Positions 57,725 to 64,000 of a DNA stretch of 64,000 nt are shown here, in pieces. Position numbers and translations under genes: made by a program. The notes under the pieces are model-generated. The model worked only from the letters and a program-made list of their open reading frames with translations. It ran no database searches and was not told the DNA's origin. Source of the DNA: a virus; IMG/VR virus record IMGVR_UViG_3300012936_003649, positions 14,975 through 78,974 of that record; one strand, written 5' to 3'. Positions within the stretch are counted from its first letter, which is position 1, and every line of letters starts with the position of its first letter.

Positions 57725-58707
57725 ACTGGATACCTCGCTTGTAATGGTTCGGCGTAATGTTGTGCTTGATCTGCAATCCTTTGCATATCCCACTTTGCAC
57801 AGAATTTCATAAGACGCATTCCTACTTGTTGTACTTCTTTAGGAGTCATATGATCTTCAATTACGTCATTGATTATACTTCTTATATTGCCTGGTTGTGC
57901 AGTTAAATCACACAAAATAACATTGCGTTGATAATCATCTAATACACGATGTTCTTCACCGTTATGATCTACCCAACGTTGTAGCATCATGTTATTCCAA
58001 TTGAAGCCTTTTGTCTCTTTGTCTGCAAATGCTTCAACAAGACCAACTTTGTTTTTTGTACCTTTAGTTCGGACACCTGGATAAGCACTAAACACATTGT
58101 CACTTGTGTCACCACGCATACATTTCTCAAATAGCATAAATGCAGGATCGGGTGCAGATTTAGGCTCTTTAGTTTTCTTATCTAGTACAGGCTTACCTTT
58201 CTTATCAAAGTACCCTTCATGTGTAATTGTAACATCTTGTATACCATTGTATTGTTTTACATTAGGTGCAATTAATTGTGCAAAGTCACCATCTGTAGAA
58301 ATAATTACATGATTATCGTTAGGGTGTGCTTGTATCCAACCTGCAATAAGATCATCTGCTTCTAGTTGCGGATGTTGCATTACAGTACAATTAGTCTTAG
58401 TATCAACAAATTCTTTGAACTCATCAAACACTTCCCAAAATACTTTATCTTCTTCTTCCTGTGCAGGAGTCATTGCATCACGTGTTTCTTGTCGATTACG
58501 TTTGTAAGGTTCATAAAAATCCTTACGCCAACTACGACCTTCTAAACAAAATACAACATGATCTGCTTCAAAGTCACGCCATACTTTTTTAACGCCTGAA
58601 AGTGTAATATGGAAAGCCATGCCGACCTTTGTATCAATGTCGCCACGTACTACGTGCCTTGCACGAAAGAATGTGTTTGCAGTATCTACTAGTATATAAG
58701 TTGCCAT
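57721..58707 (-). CDS. rnh: 5'-3' exonuclease/flap endonuclease, T4 RNase H-like
   Basis: ILVD..N, SWRKDFY..YK.NR, EADD, STDGDF.QL, GDTSDNV. Confidence 0.85.
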   Translation of the reverse strand: MATYILVDTANTFFRARHVVRGDIDTKVGMAFHITLSGVKKVWRDFEADHVVFCLEGRSWRKDFYEPYKRNRQETRDAMTPAQEEEDKVFWEVFDEFKEFVDTKTNCTVMQHPQLEADDLIAGWIQAHPNDNHVIISTDGDFAQLIAPNVKQYNGIQDVTITHEGYFDKKGKPVLDKKTKEPKSAPDPAFMLFEKCMRGDTSDNVFSAYPGVRTKGTKNKVGLVEAFADKETKGFNWNNMMLQRWVDHNGEEHRVLDDYQRNVILCDLTAQPGNIRSIINDVIEDHMTPKEVQQVGMRLMKFCAKWDMQRIADQAQHYAEPLQARYPV

Positions 58708-58737
58708 TACTGTGCCTTTTCTAAATTGTATAATACT

Positions 58738-58766
58738 ATTATACTAGATTTTAGCACTGTTGTCAA
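58738..58766 (-). promoter_or_regulatory. Sigma70-type promoter TTGACA-N17-TATAAT
   Basis: Perfect consensus upstream of rnh. Confidence 0.7.
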
Positions 58767-59154
58767 GAGAAAATTCTTCTTGAATGTACCGTTTTAGTTC
58801 GTGATCGCCTACGTTTTCGGGTAATTCTTTCTTATAAAATAGCCTATAACTATCTGACCCATATTTTCCTATACCATAAAGTTCAGTAGCATCTTCTCCA
58901 TCCCAATCGCCGAACTGTTCACTCATTCGATATAGTCTTTTTGCTCTTACACTTCGCATGCCTAGTGGAGCAATAACTTCTTCTATTTGTTTACGTGTTG
59001 CATGTAGCAATGCAGTATGTGTAGGCCAACGTTTAAAAAATTCTGGTAATACTGCTTTAACTTGTTTACGTCCTGTTTGATTTAAACATATGACTCCTAC
59101 CATATGTTGCCAAACATTTTCTACTTGTTGTTGGACCATTAAGTTGTCTTGCAT
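58744..59154 (-). CDS. HhH-GPD DNA glycosylase, MBD4-like
   Basis: W...V..I.LNQT......V...FF.RWP...PLG...RA.......F...ELYGIGKYGSDSYRLF...D..L..Y. Confidence 0.8.
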   Translation of the reverse strand: MQDNLMVQQQVENVWQHMVGVICLNQTGRKQVKAVLPEFFKRWPTHTALLHATRKQIEEVIAPLGMRSVRAKRLYRMSEQFGDWDGEDATELYGIGKYGSDSYRLFYKKELPENVGDHELKRYIQEEFSLDNSAKI

Positions 59155-59540
59155 TATGATATTTCACTTTTGCCTTTGTCTATTGGAACTACATTAATAT
59201 AGCCTGCATCTCTTGTTTTGTCATGTCCTTCTTCTTCTAGCATTTGACTAACAATAGTTCTAAACCATGCATCAACAATTTGCTCATTAGTTTCACCTGA
59301 ATATCCAGCATCTATTAATTGTTCAATAAATTCATTATTCCAATCTAATTCAAAAAATCCGTTACGTATGTTATCTGGATTTACTTGTGTGTCTAATACT
59401 GCAACCCAAGGTTCGCCTTTTTTAGTTGCTTCTTTCTTTTCTTGTTCAAGTGCCGCACGTCTTGTTTCTTCTGATGTCGGCTTTTTCTCTTTGACCTTAG
59501 GCTTTATGCCTATTGCCTTTTTAACTTTATCCCAGTTCAT
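59154..59540 (-). CDS. Hypothetical phage protein
   Basis: GEPWVAVL...GFFELDWN..F...L...GY; TAATG-coupled start. Confidence 0.55.
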   Translation of the reverse strand: MNWDKVKKAIGIKPKVKEKKPTSEETRRAALEQEKKEATKKGEPWVAVLDTQVNPDNIRNGFFELDWNNEFIEQLIDAGYSGETNEQIVDAWFRTIVSQMLEEEGHDKTRDAGYINVVPIDKGKSEIS

Positions 59541-59719
59541 TACCATCCTGCTTTCCTTATTGCATCTGAAGGATCTTTCTTTATTTCAGCCTTCATTGCT
59601 TTTTCATGTTGTTCATTTTTATATTTTCGCATACTGCTTAGTTCGTTAATAGGATATGGATGATAAAAAGGTTCTTTCACTTCTTTCTTTTTAAAAAAAT
59701 TTTTTATTAATTGTAACAT
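59540..59719 (-). CDS. Small hypothetical protein (59 aa)
   Basis: MLQLIKKFF...KAGW fills the gap exactly; not in the ORF track. Confidence 0.4.
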   Translation of the reverse strand: MLQLIKNFFKKKEVKEPFYHPYPINELSSMRKYKNEQHEKAMKAEIKKDPSDAIRKAGW

Positions 59720-59720
59720 A

Positions 59721-60647
59721 TTAAGTTCCTATTGCATTACCAAACAAGTAAACATGTACTCTTGCCGCAACATTGTAGCCTCGTTTAAATGCTTTCTCGG
59801 CTACTTTACCTGCTCCTGCTATTTGTTCTTCTTCTCTAGCACCTGTTGGCATAACCCATATTGGCCAATCAACACCTTCTGCTTTGAAAAGTTTAATTAC
59901 TTCTTCCATTTCATCCCACTCTCTACCTTCAGGACCTACCACAAACTTTAGTTGTCCTTTGTCAGAAAGTTTTCTGTACTCTGCTACTATTTCAGGTTTT
60001 ATTGCTTTTTCTCTTTTCTCTCCTGCTACTGACCATAGTTTAGGACTTACACTAAAAAATACTTCTGTATCTATCCTGTTGACCCATTCCTTAAACGGAT
60101 CTCTTAATTTTTGTGTACCATTTGTTTCAAATGTCATACTGCCCGGCAAGTTGCCTTGTCTTTCAAGTTCTTCGTATATTCCAACGGTTGCTGTTTGTCC
60201 AGTTACCATTAAAGGCTCTCCGCCTGTGATACACAAATGTTGCCTTTGTCCTGTAACAGGATGTAAAAATAATCCTTCCGGATTACTTTCGTTTTTCATT
60301 ATATCAATTATTTTATTTGCCATTACTGTTGGAGTTTCTTGACCCATTAAGTCTTTAAACTTCTTTGCCCAAGTATAACTTGAATCACAGCCTTTATCCC
60401 ATACAGGCAAGTCCTCAACACGTTTTACAGACTTAACATCAAAGTCTTGGAAAGGTAATTCATATGTATCGGGATTAGTTGGATCAATTTGTCCGAAACC
60501 ATTACACTGTAAATTGCACAAGAAGAATCTAATCCATGCTGTAGGCACACCAGTATAATGTCCTTCACCTTGAATACTATGAAATATTTCTGAATAGTAA
60601 AACTTCTTTTCTACAGTTTTACCAAATTCATGTTGTGCTAATGACAT
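59721..60647 (-). CDS. queE: 7-carboxy-7-deazaguanine synthase-like radical SAM enzyme
   Basis: EIFHSIQGEG..TG.P....R...CNLQC...(insert)...CDS, ITGGEP, ETNGT, VSPK, R.HV.LFGN. Confidence 0.8.
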   Translation of the reverse strand: MSLAQHEFGKTVEKKFYYSEIFHSIQGEGHYTGVPTAWIRFFLCNLQCNGFGQIDPTNPDTYELPFQDFDVKSVKRVEDLPVWDKGCDSSYTWAKKFKDLMGQETPTVMANKIIDIMKNESNPEGLFLHPVTGQRQHLCITGGEPLMVTGQTATVGIYEELERQGNLPGSMTFETNGTQKLRDPFKEWVNRIDTEVFFSVSPKLWSVAGEKREKAIKPEIVAEYRKLSDKGQLKFVVGPEGREWDEMEEVIKLFKAEGVDWPIWVMPTGAREEEQIAGAGKVAEKAFKRGYNVAARVHVYLFGNAIGT

Positions 60648-60671
60648 ATATTATTCTCCATTGTATTACAC

Positions 60672-60700
60672 ATTATATACTATATTTAGGTCTTTGTCAA
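60672..60700 (-). promoter_or_regulatory. Sigma70-type promoter TTGACA-N17-TATAAT
   Basis: Perfect consensus upstream of GGAG and queE. Confidence 0.7.
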
Positions 60701-61507
60701 GTGTTTTAAAAATTTTTGTGCAATTAATTTATGATATAATTGGTTAAAATGCTCTTTGTCTTCTTCAAAATAGTTATTATAATCAATATTTCTTTGTGTA
60801 AAAAACGCTTCTACACTTTGATCTGCTATCGTTGTTGCTTTAAGTTTTCCATAAAAATCCCATACTTCAGGAAAGAATGTTCTTTCTCTCATTTTAAATA
60901 GGTATAAAGGAATATTTCTATCTGCACACATGTTATCCCATGTGTAGATATCTTTAAAGAAATCACGTTGTTCTAAATGTGTATTAAGTTCAAAAAATGT
61001 TTTTATTTGCATGTAAGATGATTTACGTATATCAGGATCTATCAATCCTTTATCATAACTAAAATTTAATCCAGGAAATTTTTCATAATCATCGTTGGTA
61101 GGTTTCTGATATAATTGAAAATATTCTTCTGAAATAATCTCATCAATATATCTATCAATCATGCCTGTTTTATCTGTGCCTTCAAAATGTGTAAATTGTT
61201 CTATTGGAATTACCTTAGGAGATAGTTTTTCATTAAATCCTAACATAAAACGGTTTAACGATGACATCAAAATAATTACTTCATCAATGTCATCGTAAGT
61301 TTTAAACATACTCCCTAACCAGTCTGCATAAGTTCTATTATTTGCGCCTGGCATTGCATAGACAACAGCCTCTTTATTATGTAAGTTTACATATTCATCT
61401 ACATAACTATTTTCATTCCATACAGAATAACTTCCAGGTCCTACTTTACCAGGAACTGTTTTGTATCCGCATGTATGGCTGTCGCCTATAAAAAGAGTCC
61501 TAGCCAT
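60686..61507 (-). CDS. SGNH/GDSL-like protein
   Basis: FIGDSHTCG...PGANN...D.EH near the C-terminus. Confidence 0.55.
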   Translation of the reverse strand: MARTLFIGDSHTCGYKTVPGKVGPGSYSVWNENSYVDEYVNLHNKEAVVYAMPGANNRTYADWLGSMFKTYDDIDEVIILMSSLNRFMLGFNEKLSPKVIPIEQFTHFEGTDKTGMIDRYIDEIISEEYFQLYQKPTNDDYEKFPGLNFSYDKGLIDPDIRKSSYMQIKTFFELNTHLEQRDFFKDIYTWDNMCADRNIPLYLFKMRERTFFPEVWDFYGKLKATTIADQSVEAFFTQRNIDYNNYFEEDKEHFNQLYHKLIAQKFLKHLTKT

Positions 61508-61709
61508 TAAAATATTTTTCAATCATGTCCAGTCGATCTTGTGCGGCCGCTAGTTTATCAAGTTCTGCGATAACTGCTTCAGTAACATCTGAATGTTCAC
61601 CAATACCTGCTGGCATTGTTTTATAAACTTCAATGTTTGCTAAATGAACTGCAACTTCGCCTTCTGCTTGTTTTTTAGCCGCATTAATTAATGCGTCTCC
61701 TGCTTTCAT
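61500..61709 (-). CDS. Small helical phage protein
   Basis: ANIEVY...PAGIGEH.D...A...EL motif. Confidence 0.55.
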   Translation of the reverse strand: MKAGDALINAAKKQAEGEVAVHLANIEVYKTMPAGIGEHSDVTEAVIAELDKLAAAQDRLDMIEKYFNG

Positions 61710-62056
61710 TTTTGCTCTTCCTTCCTTGTATATTTGCCCTTACTAGGAATAACATGTCGCACTCCTCCTCTTGGGTCTTTCATATCCCCATCTCGTCGGG
61801 GTATGAGATGTACGTGCGGCCACATTACTGTCTGCCCTGCCGCTTCGCCTACATTCTGTCCTATATTGAACGCATCACAGTATCCACGTTCAACCCAATC
61901 GTAGCCCCATTTGTATGCGGCTTCGAAACATTTAGTAAGAGATTGCCAATTTTCTTCAGAAGGTACAAAAAGAATATGTCCTTCCGTGACTGGATAAGCA
62001 TCTCTAAAAACTGTAAAATCTTTTGATTTAACTACTACGTCAGTCCAAGGTCCCAT
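61706..62056 (-). CDS. HIT-family nucleotide hydrolase
   Basis: DAYPVTEGH, N.G..AGQTV..PHVHLIPRR.GD. Confidence 0.9.
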   Translation of the reverse strand: MGPWTDVVVKSKDFTVFRDAYPVTEGHILFVPSEENWQSLTKCFEAAYKWGYDWVERGYCDAFNIGQNVGEAAGQTVMWPHVHLIPRRDGDMKDPRGGVRHVIPSKGKYTRKEEQK

Positions 62057-62667
62057 TATTTAAAACTCTGTGTTGCTTGTAAATTGAAACTAATTGTAAT
62101 TCTTTCACTATCTTTTTTCTGTTGACTAACGCCATGTAATAAGTGTGAAGGAAAAATTAGCAAACGTCCTGTTTTAGGAGTTACACTATAGGAAGGTGTA
62201 TTATAAAGATTTGCTTCTCTGTAACCTGCCCAAGGCCAATTAGTTTGTTTGTTAGTATCGTAAAATGTTATAGGTGCATCGTCTTCTTCTGCTTGTACGT
62301 AATAAACACCACTCCAAGTTGCAGGAATATGATTGTGCATTTCATGATATGTATGTTTTCTGTTGATACTGAACCAACTGCCTACAAATGTTAAATCTGC
62401 TTCAATGCCTAATATTTTATTGCCTTCCATAGCAACTTGACCTATCCATTCTCTTAAGTCATTACATTCAATGCGTTCAATTACTTGTGTACCTGGATTA
62501 TAATTAGTGTAACCGTTTGCACTATAAGGTGCTGGATTTTTATCTTCTTGTTCTATTTTTTTAAACTCTGGAATAAGTGTTTGTGCTAAACTTTCTGCAT
62601 GATCGTAATGTGCTCCAATAATAGGAACAGGAAACAAATCTAACCTATCTATTTTTAATTCACTCAT
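62056..62667 (-). CDS. Putative 2OG-Fe(II) oxygenase
   Basis: LFP.PI, W......H.H.....SGVYYV, P..G.L.IFPS.L.H.V......RITISFN. Confidence 0.8.
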   Translation of the reverse strand: MSELKIDRLDLFPVPIIGAHYDHAESLAQTLIPEFKKIEQEDKNPAPYSANGYTNYNPGTQVIERIECNDLREWIGQVAMEGNKILGIEADLTFVGSWFSINRKHTYHEMHNHIPATWSGVYYVQAEEDDAPITFYDTNKQTNWPWAGYREANLYNTPSYSVTPKTGRLLIFPSHLLHGVSQQKKDSERITISFNLQATQSFK

Positions 62668-63202
62668 TATATACTCCTACATTTTCCCACGGATATACCA
62701 ACCAAACATCTTCTTCTGCTTTGTTTACTTCATGGCATGAATAACTAATTGGTAATACTGTTTCACTAGCCATGTTATCTGTCAGTGTAGCAATACGAAC
62801 ATTATTCCCCCAAACATTATTCCAACGTTCATGGTTTGGATGGCAACTTGCTTGCCAATCTTTTGCAATCCAGTTGAAAGTTGCACCAGTATCATTAATA
62901 TCATCTACTATAAGAATTTTTTTATATAAAGGTCCGCCTGTTGCTTGTGTACCGTCGTTTAATCCAAGTGCATCTTCTGCCATCCAGGTATTGCTTTCTA
63001 GTTTACTATCATCACGTAAACTTACTTTTATTGATTCACAACGTATACCAGTCATATTACTAATTATCGTTGCAGGAACATTACCTCCTCTTGTGATGCC
63101 TACGATATAATCAGGTCTCCAATGATCTTTGTACATCTGATTTACAATACTAATACACATATTTTCTATATCAGTCCAAGAATAATAATGTTTTTTAATC
63201 AC
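62660..63202 (-). CDS. Type I phosphoribosyltransferase (purine PRT-like)
   Basis: IVGITRGG..PA, ILIVDDINDTGAT (PRPP loop), WLVYPWE. Confidence 0.85.
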   Translation of the reverse strand: MIKKHYYSWTDIENMCISIVNQMYKDHWRPDYIVGITRGGNVPATIISNMTGIRCESIKVSLRDDSKLESNTWMAEDALGLNDGTQATGGPLYKKILIVDDINDTGATFNWIAKDWQASCHPNHERWNNVWGNNVRIATLTDNMASETVLPISYSCHEVNKAEEDVWLVYPWENVGVYNE

Positions 63203-63434
63203 AGAAGTTCCTCCAAAATTTACAGTTTGCTAGTTTTGCACCTTCTGTTGGAACAGTACATACACGTTCGTGTCTTGAATTTTCCCAACAATCACCCGTT
63301 ACTCCACGCATCTGTGCAAACTTTGCAAAGCCATTATCGATACTTAAAATTACTATTGCTGGCAATATCAAACCAAAAATTACTATATTTAAAAACGCCC
63401 AGCCAAAGCCTTCGTTATGATATGGTTCATTCAT
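63195..63434 (-). CDS. Small membrane protein
   Basis: Start MNEPYH; one hydrophobic helix followed by four Cys. Confidence 0.5.
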   Translation of the reverse strand: MNEPYHNEGFGWAFLNIVIFGLILPAIVILSIDNGFAKFAQMRGVTGDCWENSRHERVCTVPTEGAKLANCKFWRNFCD

Positions 63435-63822
63435 TTTCTGTTTTTCCTTTATAATCTTGTTCGACCATTTTGTATACTCTTTTAAATTTTTCAAATGCAA
63501 TTTTTAGAGTAGGGTATTCTACCATCATATCATTAACAGTTACTAGATCAGGCATAACATCTTCAAACACAATTGGCGTTTCATATGTTGTTGTAAATGT
63601 ATAATTATCATCAAAAGTATGTGTACCAATAGTGTTAGTATTTACTGTCACATGGGAAGAATCTATTGTACTACTGGATGTTGTGGATATTGAACTTATA
63701 TCTATTGTTGGAGTTGTGTAGGAAACTTTATAATCAGGTTCTGGATTTACACTAAAAACAGTTTCTCCGTTAATAGTGATAGTATCACACCCTTCAACAA
63801 AATCTGTATCATCATTCGCCAT
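63427..63822 (-). CDS. Hypothetical phage protein
   Basis: Thr/Ser-rich N-part, C-terminal YP.LKIAFEKFK..Y.MV..D. Confidence 0.55.
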   Translation of the reverse strand: MANDDTDFVEGCDTITINGETVFSVNPEPDYKVSYTTPTIDISSISTTSSSTIDSSHVTVNTNTIGTHTFDDNYTFTTTYETPIVFEDVMPDLVTVNDMMVEYPTLKIAFEKFKRVYKMVEQDYKGKTENE

Positions 63823-64000
63823 CTGCAATCACCCTATAAAGTTTTTTGCCACTAAAGAATTCTTTGTTAAGTTTAGTAACTTGTTTGTTAATACTAGGTA
63901 AAAAGTCTTCGTAATTTTCCATATACTCAATAATTTGTGCAACAACTTTATCTCTATGCTCTAGATAACTATCATAGTCTTCAGTCCATTTGCTTTCATA
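63812..64000 (-). CDS. C-terminal fragment of a CDS entering from beyond the window
   Basis: Open frame YESKWTEDYDSYLEHRDK...VIADGE* from the window edge. Confidence 0.5.
   Translation of the reverse strand, partial: YESKWTEDYDSYLEHRDKVVAQIIEYMENYEDFLPSINKQVTKLNKEFFSGKKLYRVIADGE

Noticed and set aside
1-64000. tRNA/rRNA genes, introns, inteins or stop-codon recoding
   Set aside because: Standard-code ORFs tile the window almost without gaps; no cloverleaf, homing endonuclease or intein motif was recognised by eye.

Overview
This 64 kb AT-rich window comes from a large tailed dsDNA bacteriophage. It has T4-type late boxes (NATAAATA) and near-perfect sigma70 promoters. I found no rRNA, tRNA, CRISPR array or mobile element. 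All product calls come from motifs read in the translations; no database search was run. There are three zones. (1) 1-11983 (+): virion baseplate and tail-fibre genes. (2) 12035-49402 (mostly +): a ~37 kb, tightly overlapping enzyme island lying between tail-fibre genes. It encodes 14 radical SAM enzymes: 9 with an unusual N-terminal twitch-like Fe-S domain, 3 with C-terminal SPASM/twitch-like domains (one split in two) and 2 cobalamin-type. It also encodes glycosyltransferase-like proteins, including a GT-GT-repeat-methyltransferase fusion, 3 nitroreductase-fold proteins, about 5 2OG-Fe(II) oxygenase-like proteins, 3 SGNH-like proteins, a GNAT, a class I methyltransferase, an (R)-amine-transaminase-like enzyme, a GMP reductase, a minimal adenylation enzyme and an antisense alginate-lyase-like lipoprotein. 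(3) 49399-64000 (-): a tail fibre, a MoxR AAA/VWA pair, nucleases, an MBD4-like glycosylase, QueE, HIT and a phosphoribosyltransferase. The main candidate novel system is the island, a phage-encoded radical-SAM and glycan-tailoring assembly line of unknown product, possibly used to decorate the virion or the host surface.
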